From: the human T2T-CHM13v2.0 reference genome, Homo sapiens
Length of the DNA: 64,000 bases
Assembly: GCF_009914755.1 (NCBI RefSeq)
Contig: NC_060936.1
Reading direction: 5' to 3' (one strand)
Each line of letters begins with the position of its first letter. The first letter of the stretch is position 1. Of this stretch, positions 43,810 to 57,800 are shown piece after piece. A model generated the notes under the pieces. That model was not told where the DNA came from. It made no database searches and saw only the letters and a list, made by a program, of their open reading frames with translations. The translations under genes were made by a program, and so were the position numbers.

Positions 43810-45000
43810 GTAATAACAGCCACCATTTATCAATTAATAGAGGGCTTACTATTTGCCATGCATGGATCTAAGCACTTTACAGACATTAACAACCATATGA
43901 GGTAGTTATTAATATTATCATTTTCACAGATGAATGGCTGAGGCTCAGAGGAGTAACCAGATCTTCCTCCCTTGTCAGTGCCCGATTCAAGCATCTTCTC
44001 TGAGAAGCCTCTACCTCTGACCTCACCTACTCCAGGCTTCCTCCATCACTCCTTCCTCTGAGCTGCCTTGCACCTGGTATATTCCTCCTCCATGGAAACC
44101 ATCACACAGTAATTATGATTATTGGTCTGAACAGCTTTCTCCCCAGCAATGCTAAGAGGGCAGAGGTCCCATCTTGGGTTTTTTGTACTCTCAGACCCTG
44201 TTATGCTGCTTGATATACATAATAGAGATTCAAGAAATGTTCATGATAAATGAGTGAATGAATGAATGAATGAATGAATGGAGAAAGTAAACATTTAGGA
44301 AAAGAAAACATTATAGGGAAAGGCCCTAGTGGGGAAGCAATATTTAAATAATGTAAGGACACATATCCAAAAGTTATTCTAACACTTACTTTGGATTTTA
44401 TATGCATATACTCTGTCTTCCAATTTCCCTATCTGTCAGAATAGCCAGTAAATGCCAACATTCTTCTCAAACAGAATGACACAAGGTTGTAAGACATGAC
44501 AATCTTTGTCATGTCATTGTAAGAAAGAGTGCTGGATTTAGAATCCTACCTGAGTTTGAGACCTGACTCTACTGACCTGCGGCAAATCAGTCAACCATCT
44601 GAGCCGCTTTTGGCTCATCTGTGACATAGGATCACTTCCACCCATGCACCTACCTCACATGTTCACACAGCGATTTAGAGAAATCAAACTGTATATGCAA
44701 ATGCATTCAATAGGTATAAAGAATAATACAAATGTTAATGGCCATAATAGATGGCTGTTATGAGGGACTGATCACTCTGGCTAACTTGGAGTCGTGCGGC
44801 ATGGGGAAGGTAAATGGCAGCTAGCTTCTATTGAGCACCCACTCTGTGCCAGGCACCATGCAAGCACTTCATGTACATGACCTCACTTTACCCAAAGCTA
44901 CTTGAGTAATTAACCCAAAGCTATTCATAAAGGGTCAAGCTGGGAACTGTTGTCATGTCTTATTGATTTCAAAGCTCATAATCTTTATCTCAACACTCTG
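43810..45000. mobile_element. Cluster: MIR(-), L2(+) ending in (AATG)n at 44250-44280, MIR(+), MIR(-)
   Basis: 'ttttcacagatgaatggctgaggctcagag', L2 tail 'aatgaatgaatg', 'ttgagcacccactctgtgccaggcacc'. Confidence 0.65.
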
Positions 45001-45120
45001 CTGTCTCTTTGGAACATCAGTTGTCAGTGTACAAAATTACCTGAAAGTTAGAACATATGGTTAAAAGTTCTGGCTGTCAGGATTCAGAAAAACTTTGAAT
45101 ATTTGTTATATTAAAATCTT

Positions 45121-45415
45121 GGCTGGGCATGGTGACTCCTACCTATAATCTCAGCACTTTGGGAGGCCAAATGGGAGGATTGCTTGAGCTCAGGAGTTCG
45201 AGACCAGCCTGGACAACATGGCAAAACCCCATCTCTACAAAAAAATACAAAAATCAGCCAGGCATGGTGGTGCATACCTGTAGTCCCAGCTACTCAGGAG
45301 GCTGAGGTGAGAGGATCACTTGAGCCTGTGAAGTCGAGGCTACAGTGAGCTGTGATCACACCACTGTACTCCAACCTAGGCAATAGAGCAAGACCCTACT
45401 GAAAAAAAAAAAAAA
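45121..45415 (+). mobile_element. AluJ
   Basis: 'gggaggattgcttgagctcaggagttcg' and 'aagtcgaggctacagtgagctgtgat'; aaaatct flanks both ends. Confidence 0.92.
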
Positions 45416-46060
45416 TCTATTGGCATCTTTCACATTGATGTTTATGAGACAGTCAGTCCTTTTACTTGGAGTTTAAAGGTAGATGGCCCTTTAATAAATA
45501 ACAGCTTTCTGCCCTAACCAAGCTCACAACCAACAGACAGACAGACCTGAATCCGAGCCCAGTGAAGATCATAACACACGTATTGTTGATCGAAGCGAAA
45601 CTGAAGGGTGTATCTCCACGTTGCAGCCTCAGTAGCTTCCTTATGTGCCACCCCATCATACAGCCTTACCCCCTAATCACTGGCATCACTCGCTGTCCAC
45701 AGACATTGCCCAGAGCAGCAACTTGCTTCATGGCAGAAAGGGGATGAGAATGCACCCTTTTAGTGGGCTGACAGACAGGAATAAACAGACATGCAGGAGC
45801 GTAACAGAGGATGTTCATTAATCAAACTCATTAGTCACCAAAGTCCTGCTCCAATGAGCATGACTAAAGAGGCCAAGAGAACCTGGAAGTATTCCTTCCC
45901 ATATCTGCCTTCCTAAGGCATGGAGTAAATTTCCTGTTCCTTGTGCCTGTTCCTCTATGGAAATATGATGCATGGGAATAGATGCATTGTGGGCATTTTG
46001 TTTCAAAAATGGAGAAAGGAAGGGTTCGTTCTAGAAATCTGAGCCAATGAGGATCGATTC

Positions 46061-46365
46061 TTTTTTTTTTTTTTTTTTTTTTTTTTATACGGACTTTTGC
46101 TCTGTAGCCCAGGCTGGAGTGCAGTGGTAGGAACTCGGCTACCTGCAACCTCCGCCTCCCGGGTTTAAGCAATTCTCCTGCCTCGGCCTCCTGAGTAGCT
46201 GGGATTACAGGCATGCACCACCACTCCCAGCTAATTTTTGTATTTTTAATAGAGATAGGGTTTCACCATGTTGGTCAGGCTGGTCTTGAACTCCTGACTT
46301 CGTGATCTGTCCGCCTTGGTCTCCCAAAGTGCTGGGATTACAGGCGTGAGCCACTGTGCCTAGCC
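46061..46365 (-). mobile_element. AluS (Sg-like)
   Basis: Long poly-T; 'ctcctgacttcgtgatc'; gattc flanks both ends. Confidence 0.93.
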
Positions 46366-46563
46366 GATTCACTCTTATATTTATACTAATGGAAAATAAC
46401 TAAAGGAGAAACCTCAGAACATGATGCACAGATGCTTAAAGACCCTATTCAACGTATCAGCCCAACTTGGGGATGTGTGTATGTGTATGTATGTATGTGT
46501 GCACATAAACATGCACAAACTCATAAATTCTTTTAATCCTATGGGTCACTGTGAATCTGATAT

Positions 46564-46779
46564 GGTGGTTCTTAGATGGGGAGGAGGGCACTTTTGCCAT
46601 GCTAGTGGATAGATATTTCGCACTGTCTGGGGACATGTTTGGTTGTCATAATGGATAATACTATTGGCATCTAGTGGGTCATGGCCAGGGATGTTGCTTT
46701 TACAGGGCACAGGGCAGCTCCCCACAACAAAGGCTTTGCTGACCTGAAACATCAAGAGGGACAAGCTTGAGAAACCTTG
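46564..46779. mobile_element. MER20 hAT-Charlie MITE
   Basis: 'tgtctggggacatgtttggttgtcataa...ggcatctagtgggt...ggccagggatg...ttgagaaacc'. Confidence 0.8.
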
Positions 46780-48269
46780 ACATCACAGTGGTAGGGCAGA
46801 GAACACCAACCTAAACTGAATATTCCATAGACAGTACACGTAACACAGTAACTTTATTGGCCAGACCACATCTGTCAATGTAACTGATCTATACTGTAAT
46901 CACAGGAACACTATGAACTGTAGATGTGAGAGGCAGGCAATGATATACTTTACTAATTTACCCAGCTGCCTGTGCTCGCTGATGTCCACAGAATATCATT
47001 TTTTAGATTTAAAATGTCAACTTAATATATATCTCTCTGTCCTAGCTCCACTCAAACCTCACTAAATGGAGGTACTGGCCTCACCTCCTGGACTCAATTT
47101 CCTTCTTCCTAATTCAAATGGTCTCTGATATTACCTGCATGCCTGAGGGCTGCAAGCAGGCTTTATGTATGAGTGACCACAGGGCTAAAGATCTTGCCTT
47201 CGATTAAATCCCATCATTCCTTTCTGCAGGCCTCTAAGGACTCTTCTACCCTCTCCACACCAGGCACAGTGGGGGCTAACCCAATAATGCCAGATAAGAG
47301 AACAAGTGACCAAGGTAAAATTATCAACAAATATACAAAAGGGCTGGCAGCATCATATGGGAGCCATAATACCCTCTTCTTTCCTGAACCCAACAATGCA
47401 ATATTTGAAAATACCCACAGGCTTTCTTTCAAACAAGAAAAATGCCTCTTGAGACTCCAATCCCAGCTGAAAATTTAGCTGGCAGTGAAGAGCCTATCCA
47501 CTAACCTCAAGGTCAGCTAAATATCTAGTCTTTTTTCATAGCATGATCAAATTTTACATCCTGTGTTTGGCAAGGAAGGATTTATTTAAACAATATTTAT
47601 ATTATATTCTTAAAATAAACCTGAGCCTAGGGAAAAAAATATAACCCCATGTCCATAGCAAAACACCAAAGAGCTGCTGGGTGGAGAAGCTATGGCTTAG
47701 GTTTCAATTTAATTCTTATTTGCTCAAATGCCAAAGTAATTTTTCCATGAGGAGAATGAGGTCATTCTTCACAGAAAGGGATCACTGTCTCAAAATTCAT
47801 ATGACCAGGAAACACAAGACCAATATAATGAGAGGTTTCAGAAATGTGAACTAAATAAAGTGGACCTAAGATACAAATCTGTACATGTGACTTAAGCCCA
47901 GAGATACATTAACAGTATACCATGAATCCTTTGCTTTTTTCCTAGGAAAGTGTATCCTCCCATACCCAGCCCACCCCATACCAAAGGGTCCCCTACTGTT
48001 ACACAACAGTAGGGCTTTTCCAAACAAACCACATGAGAACACCAGTGGGCTGGTTCCCCAGGGCTTCCTTGGTGCCTTAGGGGGAGCCAAGTCCCTGGTT
48101 GGTTTGGTGGGGTCTTGAAATAGATTAGGACATGTGCCCCGAGTTATTACAAATATAAATACCAATGATAGCATGCAGGCAGAGGAAACAGAGGTGCCAC
48201 AATATCATCTGTTTGCATCTGGATTCTATATTGCCTTGCCTACTTTTCCATCTCACCTGAGTATACAGC

Positions 48270-48720
48270 GTATACTGCGTATACAGTATAGCATGAGGAT
48301 AAAAAGGAGGAGCTGTTCAAATCCCAGTTTTGCCCTGTCCCACACATTTGACTCTAGGAAAGTTATGTGATTCTCTGTTACTTGGTTTCCCCATCTTTAA
48401 CATAGTGAATAATAACAATATTGGGCAATTGGGCCACCAGGATTGTTAAGAAACAATATTATTATGAGCTAAGTACAGAACCCAATATTCGGTAAGTTTG
48501 TAAATACTATTTTGTACTTACTACACTAACTTTTATGGTTCAAGATTTGGATTGAAAGATTTAAAAAAGCAAAAGACTAAAAGACTTCAAGTATTATCCA
48601 ACTCAGACCCACTTTAAGAAATAGGAGCTCAGGGAATCTACATGATGCATCCGTAGTTACATAGCTCGTTAGCAACAGGATGAGATTAAAACCCAGGTTC
48701 CTTGACTCCTGGACCAGTGC
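48270..48720. mobile_element. Two MIR fragments (plus, then minus)
   Basis: 'gttcaaatcccagttttgcc...ggtttccccatct' and 'gattaaaacccaggttccttgactcc'. Confidence 0.6.
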
Positions 48721-49423
48721 TGTTAGGGGGGAAAATGGTGTAAAAATTTTCAAAGAAATACATTAATCAATTCTCCTGCCAGGGAAATTGTGGATACTTT
48801 CATGTAGTAGAAGCATGTCTTTTAAAGTTTGTGGCCTGCATTCATTCAGCCAGACCAGGCATTAGTTGCAACAGAAACAGCTGGTCCAGCCGGGACTTGT
48901 CACACAGTCACCCCAAGCCTCTAAACGAGCCATTATCTGGCAACAGCAGATTGGGACCATCTGTCACTGCAGTGCACATATGGCCCCACTAGTTTGCAAG
49001 AATAAGGTTGTCACAAAAGGTCATTAACTATGCATCACTTTTTTGTGATGAGCTCTAAGCAGACACAATGATCCTCCCATTTTATTTCAAATCCTCTAAT
49101 TCTCTTCAGCACCTAGAGAAGCTGAGGCCCAATAAATCAGAAGTCTTCCTGCTATGGTCTCTAGCAAATCCCAGAAAGGGTTCCATTTATTTGCTTCCTT
49201 ACCTTTTGAAGAGTTTAAGTTCTTTTTAAAACATATTTTACATTCTCTTTATAAAGAATCCCAGAAGGACTGAAGGTTTGTAAATAGTGCCTAATGCAAC
49301 ATAAAGACTGGGTTTGCTTTAAATATACTTGAGAAAAGTAGAAAAACAAGGGTAAGCAAGGCCAACTATTTGGGATAGACAGAATTGTAGCAACAGAGAA
49401 CACAGTTAAGAGAGAATCATACC

Positions 49424-50211
49424 AAGACATAACAAGTATTTGCAAGGGTGTGGAGAAACAGGAACCCTTGCACACTGTTGAATGTCAATTATTATAGCCC
49501 TTATGGAAAAGAGTATAAAGGTTGCTCAAAATAATCAAAAATAGAATTACTATATGACTCAGTAATCTCACTTCTGAGTATTTAAGGAAATGATATCAGT
49601 ATGTCGAAGTGCCATGTTCATAGCAGCATTATTCATAATAGCCAAAATATGGAATCCACTTAAGTACCCATCCGTGGATGAATGGATAAAGAAAATGTCC
49701 CATACATACACAATGGAATACTTTTTAGCTTTAAAAAAGAAGGAAATTCTACCATTTGCCACAAGGTGGATGAACCTGGAAGATATTATGTTAAGTGAAA
49801 AAAGCCAGGCACAGAAACACAAATATTGCATGACTTCATTCATGTAGAATCTAAAAAAGTCAAACTCATAGAAGCAGAGAGTAGACTGGTGGTTCCCAGG
49901 GGCTGTGGTGTGTTGGGAGGGAGATATTGGTTGAAATACAGAAAATTTCAGTCAGATAGGAAGAATGAGCTCAAGAGATCTACTAAACAATATGGAGATT
50001 ACAGTTAATAACAACATATTATATTCTTGAAAATCACTGAGAGACTAGATTTTTAAGTGTTTCCACTACAAAAAAGTGTGAGGTAATTTATATGTCAATT
50101 AGCTCAATATAGCCAATTCACAATATATATCTATTTTAAAATATCATTTTGTACACTATATATATACACAATTTTTATTTGTCAATTAAAAATTAATTCG
50201 TTATTTTTAAA
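49424..50211 (+). mobile_element. 5'-truncated L1MA 3' end
   Basis: ORF2 C-terminus (MFIAALFIIAKIW...FATRWMNLEDIMLSE) plus 3'UTR; TSD aagaRagaatcatacc at 49408-49423 and 50212-50227. Confidence 0.9.
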
Positions 50212-50519
50212 AAGAAAGAATCATACCTTTCTTGTTTGGTTTCTGCAAATAAATACAAGGACAACTACCTAAAAACTACTAGAGCCTATCAAGTGTCTTT
50301 TTAAAAAAAAAATGCTCAGATACAGTGCTTTTAAAATATGGCTTCAGATTCTTTGATATTTATTTTGATAAAAGGTCAGGTCTATGTATTGTCATCATAG
50401 TTATGGGTGGCCTTGTGATTACTTAACCTAACAAAGTAAGGTAGAAGTGATACTATATGACTTCAGAGGCTAGGTTATAAAAGGCCATGTAGCTTCCACC
50501 TTATTTCTAAACACACTTA

Positions 50520-51332
<813 letters not shown>

Positions 51333-51682
51333 AAACACACACTAACTCTTAAAGCCCTGTCCCACCATGTAAAACGTTTAAATATCCTGAAGCCTCCAAA
51401 CTGTGGGGGAAGCCTAACTCACATGTAGAGTTCAGAAGTGAGCAGGTGTTCCAGCTGATAGTCCTGCCTGGACCTAGCCTTCATGTCATCCCCACCAGGG
51501 CACTCTAGATAATTCCACTCTCCAGTCATACCATTCTTCCCAGCTGAGGCCCCAAATATAATAGGGCAGCAACATAGTCATCACTACTTTGTACTGTTTG
51601 AATTTCTGATGCACATAATCTATCGGTAGAGTAAAATGGCTGTTGTTTTATACTTCTAAGTTTGGTATAGTTTGCTATATAG

Positions 51683-52160
51683 TGTAGGAAAACAGCTTAT
51701 TGCATGGCAAGAGTAATGCCATCTTGAAGCAAAACCACCATAATGACTGATGTCTGACTCCTGCAGCAAGGTTAAGAAACACCTATAGTATAGATAACCC
51801 CTCATAAAGAAACAATGCCTGTAGCATAAATAACCCCTCATAAAGAAGCAATGCCTGTAGCATAGATAATCCCTCATAAAAACACTTAACTAACTTCCCC
51901 AGTGGTGAGTTTCACAAGAGGGTTGAAGACATGACCAGTTGCACATTTTACCAAAAAAAGCTTGCTAAATAAGGAATACTCTCTGGAGGGCAGGTATGGG
52001 GATCCACTGTCTAGAGGCCATCCCAAGACACGGCTTCTGTTCCTAAGTTTCTCTTAAACGTTCCTCTCAGAGAAACTGCATTTGTCAGTCTCTTTCTTCA
52101 GCCTCTCAACTCCCTCAGCCTTTGAGGTTAGGTTTGCATAGACCTGCTCACTGTGGAACA
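51683..52160 (+). mobile_element. ERVL-type solo LTR (LTR47-like)
   Basis: TG...CA ends; 5-bp TSD tatag/tacag; start 'tgtaggaaaacagcttattgcatggcaagagtaatgccatcttgaag'. Confidence 0.7.
51774..51879. repeat. About 36-bp tandem repeat x3 inside the LTR
   Basis: Unit resembling 'aagaaacaatgcctgtagcatagataacccctcata'; seen as a repeated peptide in ORF 51656-51877. Confidence 0.85.
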
Positions 52161-52259
52161 TACAGCAACAGATAATCAGAACAGAACTGAGATAGTCAAA
52201 GCATCTCTGGCTATTGTTTATGAATGTAATGAGAGGAAGAAAGAGAAATAGTCCTCTGC

Positions 52260-55230
52260 CACTTTATGCTATATGTGTTATCTCATTTAATCCTCACAGA
52301 AGTTATGCAAATTTAGGATTATTTTTCCCACCATTTACGCTCTGAGAGGTTTAAAACAACTTGCCCAGGGATGAAACTAAAATCTGCACCTGGGACTATT
52401 TGACCCCATACATCTATCACATCTCACTTCTGCTCAATTGTCCAGAATCAGCTACATGTTCCCAGAAGTCACAGAACACTGTAAGTAAAACCAGCTTTTA
52501 CATTCAATGAGTTGCTTTTTGAGCACCTCTCTCTGCCAGATATTGTGCTCAGTGCTCATATCAAGTGAGCAAAATAAGCTCATATTGGTCCCTTCCTCCA
52601 ATCTTATGTCTGCTCTTGTTGACCCGTTTTTCCACATCAGAGGTAGTTTTTAAAATCCACATCTGTAAGATATTCCCCCTGCTTAAACTTTTGCAGGGGT
52701 TTCTCTCTAGCCCATGCCACAGCGATTCACAAACTTGATCCAATAACTGGTGCCAAGGCTGACTGCATGAAAATCAACCAAGGCATGCTATGGGCATAGA
52801 GATTCCCAGTCTTTGCTTGCAGAGATTCTGATTCAGGAAGCTCCCCAGTGGCTCCTGTGTGCAGCCATGTTGGCAAACGCTGGCCAAGAGGTTAACATCA
52901 AATTCTTCCACATGGCATATGAAGTCCAGCATAATCTGACCCCTACTCAACCCTCTAAACTCACCTTCTGCTACTCCTTCGCCTAACGCATCATTCCACA
53001 AACACATCTTTGAGGCCTCTTGGTCTCTGGATATTCTGTTCCTTACACAAGAAATGCATTTCCCTCACTGAACTGTTTGGTGAAATCATCTGCTCTTCCC
53101 TGAGCATTCCCTGGCTCCCCTTACAAACAGAGTCAATGTCCTTTCCCTGTATTTCCATTGCCCCTCATACCTATCTCCAGTCACTTAACTCAGGCTAAGT
53201 GATGTGCTGAAGCCAGGGACCCAGGCTTATTCACTTTAGAATCCCCAGGGTTAGCACAGTGCCCCATTTATCAAAGATAGTCAACAAACGTTTGCTGAAT
53301 GAATAACCCAATGTGTTTCCTTTCAGCTCTAGCTGCCAAGAAATGCAGAGCCAAATTCAGTTACCAAGTATAGTAATTAGCTCATCCCAGGTGCCTGGTA
53401 ACATCTGCTCCCTGCTTCTTTGAGATGGTCTCTGTTCTCTTTTTAGCCATAATTGTCCTATTTCACATTAGGTTTAATTTAGTATGTTCTTTCACATCCC
53501 TTTGAAAGAAGGTGGGATATAAGTTCTGAATAAATCAATAGATACAGAGTTCCTCAAAAGACACCTGCGTTGGCATAGCATAAGAGTAAGGGGAGAAAAT
53601 TACTGGAAAATATGCTATGTTTCTCAAATCAAATGATTAATACTTCTTCATGTTTTCTTTAATGAATAAAAATAAATAACTGTGAGGAAATCCCACCCAG
53701 ATGAAAGCTTATTCATTTAACAAATAGTTACTGAGCACCTACTTTGTATAAGGCATACTGGTGACATGAACAGCGAAGACATGATTAAGATCCTAGAAAT
53801 CAAAGAGCTTACTGTGGGGTAGGTTAGAGGAGACCTGTATATAAACACAGTCTTGCAAATTATGAAGTGATCATGTCTATACTAAGAATGCAAGAAGAGA
53901 ATGGATTTCTACCTGTTAGAGTCCAAGAAGGCTTCACTGAGGTCATACAGTCTGACCTGGGCCTTAAACGATGCATAAGATTTAGACATGTAAAAAAGCC
54001 TTGGTCTTAGAACGTCTGCCTCTGTCTAGCTTTTTTTACATAAGAATGTATGGCAGGCAAACTATGGGTTGGCTGGATGAGACTATCTAATACTTATCGA
54101 ACTCTCATTTAATATAATTCCTGGAGTAATATATGCACCAGGCTTTATATTACATGGCTTATTATGTTTTTGGTCTTCAAATAACCCTATGGGCTAAACA
54201 GATAAAGAAACTGAGCCTTAGAAGTTACATGACTTGCACAAGGTCACACAGCCACATGTGCCAGAGCTGAGACCCAATCAAGGCAGACTCTAGGGCTTTA
54301 CACTTAAGCCCTCCCAGACACTTATTCAAGGAGCAAAGATTTATACCTGGGAGCAGGAGATGAGACCAGAAAGACAGGCTGAGGTTGGATGGCAAAGGCC
54401 TTCAAGGCCAATATAAGGACTGTGACTTTCATTCTGTTAGCAATGCAGAGTCACTGATGACTTTTTAAGAGGAGAAAAAAATGATAAATTGTACGGGCAT
54501 TATAAGATTAATGAATGAATTACTAAGTGAATCAATCAAAGAATTTTTAGGGTAAATTAATCAAGCATCAGCATAATAATAGATTGAAGGAGAGAGATAT
54601 TGAAGAAATGAAACCAACAGATTTTTTAAAAAACAAACAACAGCAACAAAAAAAACAAAACCAGGTAACAAAGGCCTGAATAGGACAATGAGAGAGAAAA
54701 GAAAGAACAAACATGGAGAGTGATCAGACATGGAATAATGTCATGCTCTGGAGCAACAGAAAGGACAATGATGTGAGAAAAGTGTGTGGTAGGGGTCTAG
54801 GAGAAGAGATTCAGGGGCTAGCAGGAGCCTCATGGAGCTGTTCTATAGGATGAGGTCAGGAGAGAGGTCAGGGGAAAAATGATGGAATTAGAAGTCATCC
54901 ACATAGAGGAAATCATGAAAACCATGACATGAAGAAAATTTCCAAGACCAAGTATATCAAGATAAAATATGCAGAAACACAGTATAAGACGTGAGGAGAA
55001 GAAGGGGAATCAGAAAATGCCAGGTGGTAGAAATGAAGCAAAGAAGAAAGGTATCTTAAGATGAAGGGAAAGTGAGGGGGGAAATGCAGGCAGGGAAGGC
55101 TTTGAGAAAGAGAACTGACAAAAGGCCATCTAATCTATTAAATGAGAAGTGACTCTTAAGACAGGTCATGGTAGATGAAAAGGAAAAAGCCAGCTAACAA
55201 GGAGATGAAGAATGCTGGAAACCGACAGAA
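52260..55230. mobile_element. Patchwork of MIR, L2 and a MER5-like fragment
   Basis: L2 tail 'caacaaacgtttgctgaatgaat' (about 53290); antisense L2 'cattcatttaacaaatagttactgagcacctact'-type text at 53710; MIR 'aaagaaactgagccttagaag'. Confidence 0.55.
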
Positions 55231-55243
55231 GTGTAATACAGGT

Positions 55244-55716
55244 CAGGGGTTGCAAACCCAGATGGGGCCAGATAGATAACACGCAAGGATAAAGCAGGCT
55301 GAGTGCAAGACGATCATGCAGCACTCTGGGTCTTTTACTTCCCACATTTGACAGAAGCATCAGTACGGTGAAATACTTCTGTATCTAAGAAAAACAAGGG
55401 TGCAAGGCAATGATAAATGGCAACTGACACTTTGTCTCAGCGTCGAAGACAATATGGAATGGTGGGGCCTGTGGTGAGCTAGAGAACGTATGCCCCATCT
55501 GAAGGCAGATGCAGAAACTCAGCTCCAACAGACTGTCGTCGTGTGAGAATGTGGGCCCAGTGTTACCAGTTCCCCAATGTGTCAAGAGAAAGAGAAATTT
55601 AGATTTTTATGCAAATCTCCCAAATTTTAAACATTGGAAAGAAAACATGACATAGGCCAACAAAACAGGTTTTCAGGCATAATCTAGCTCACTGCCTGCC
55701 AGTCTGAGACCTGCTG
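55244..55716. mobile_element. MER102-like hAT-Charlie element
   Basis: caggggttgcaaac terminus; 'gtgggcccagtgttacc...tttttatgcaaatctcc'. Confidence 0.6.
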
Positions 55717-57300
55717 AATTCACTATGTCTCCATTAAGTTTAGCAATGAAAAAATGAGAAGGTAGAATGGTAGAATCGGGGGAAAGGCTTTTTGTTTGTT
55801 TTAGGATTAGAAAGAACTGAGTATTTTTGTTGGCTAACAGGAAAGATAGCCTAATGATCAACAGAAAGAGATTTGAAGTAGCATGAAAGGGGGTGCAAAC
55901 TAACATAACAAAGGTTTGTTTCATTGTGTTGGTTTCAGTATGCATTTTTTTATTAAAAATCTTTGTTAAGTACTATTTAGAATTAATTGATCAACAAGAA
56001 GTGACAATCGTATGAAACATGCTATTGTTACTTCATTTTGTAAAGAAGCTGGCCCCGCTGGCAGCTAGGATAATTTTATTATTGAAACAACGCTTGTGAT
56101 GTGCCAACAGGGACTGTCATCATGGATAAAGAACATGTCACTCAGCAGCTAGCACCCCTCTTTTCAAACAATGGAAACACCCCTTCTGTGAGAAGGAACT
56201 TGGATTTGGTACTAAAAATTCCCGTTTCTTATCATTTGGAAGCTGGTTAATGTCTTCAGTGTGCCAAGAAAATAAAGCCCGAATGTATCCAATTGTCCTG
56301 GTAAAGCTGCCAGTTCTTGTCCAGCTTGGCTCAGCGAAGAGAGGGGAGGCAAAAGAAAGCCACAGACAGTCTGTAGATTTCAGAAGCCATGACAAGAGGG
56401 ACATGACTCTCAGGCTGATCGCTTGTCCTGGATTCTGAAAGCCCATCAATACCTCCTCTTTCCAGATGAAACTAAGGCAAATTCAGATGGCACAAGTAGA
56501 TTGTCAAGTTAATTTTATGTATTTTTCAACCCAGTTTCATAGGAAGACTGGAGATCTAGTGGACAAAAAAGGAAGGAAGGGAGCGAGTCATGGAGGCATG
56601 TTCCTTAAATGCCTTTCAAACCCTCTAAAGGAATAATCCACCTCTAGTATGTTGGTGCTTTAAAATGTTGACTTTCTTCTCCCTGGTTTTCATGGGTCCT
56701 GCCCTACATACCCAAACTAATTCCCCATTATTCCTAAAGTATGTTCTCTGCTCCTGCAGGCCAGCTAGAATGGTGATATCCTACAAAGACAACATCTGTT
56801 TATTCATTAAATATTTATAGAGTACATATTATGTGCCAGACACTACACTAGGTGATGGGGATCAATAGTGAATGACACAATCATGGTCCCTGCCCTATTA
56901 ATGCATACCAGGTTCAGTTCTACTTCTGCCATCACTCATATTCTTCTCTGCAGGAATGCTTACCCTCCTTCTCTCTGCCTGGAAATATTCCACGTTCCTT
57001 CTCTTCCAATAATCCTTCCCTATATATTACCAATTCATCAACTTCTTCTCTGAACCTCATCAGCTCTTATGAGCCTATAAAAGTAATGTAGCATTTAATG
57101 ATACACTTCCCTGTGTCACCTGCCCTTGTCTCATGAACCTTGTCTCCCCATTGAGGCCATAAAGCCCTTGAGGGAAGAAACCACGTCCTTTATTTCTTCT
57201 CTGCCTTCCTTACGGACTAACACAAAACTTGGTGCATTTTAAGAATGTATTGCAGATGATTACTTTAAACATGGAATTGAAGAGCAGTTCATAAGCCCTT

Positions 57301-57800
57301 TGTATTAGTTCCCTATGGCTGCTGTAACAAATGTAACTTAAAATGATTTTTTTAGGTCACAAACTTGGTGACTTAAAAACATAGGAATGTATTCTCTCAT
57401 TGTTGTGGAGGCCAGAGTCTGAAATCAGATCACTGGGACAAAACCAAGGTGTCAACACAGCCATACTCCTTCATGAAGCTCTAAGGGAGAATTTGTTTCT
57501 TGCCTCCTCCAGCTTCTGGTGGCTATCTGCATTCTTTGGCTTGTGGCCACATCTTTCAAGCTTGGCCTCTATGGTCATGTTGCCTTCTCCTCTTTTGTCT
57601 ATGTCAAATCTCCCTGTGCCTCTCTTTCATAAGGATGCCTGTGATTGCATTTAGGGTCCACCTAGATGATCCAGGATAATCTCCCCATCTCAAGATCTTT
57701 AAATTAACCACATTGGCAAAGGCCCTCTTTCCTTGTAAGGTATCATTTACAGGTTCCTGGGATTAAGGCCTGATTTACGTGGGGCCCATTATTCAGCCTT
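57301..57800 (-). mobile_element. MLT1C/D solo LTR
   Basis: tgtattagtt...ggctgctgtaacaaat...ccaggataatctccccatctcaagatc...ggggcccattattcagcct. Confidence 0.85.

Noticed and set aside
51774-51879. CRISPR-like ~36-bp repeats
   Set aside because: Units are contiguous with no unique spacers, lie inside an LTR in primate DNA, and no cas genes are present.
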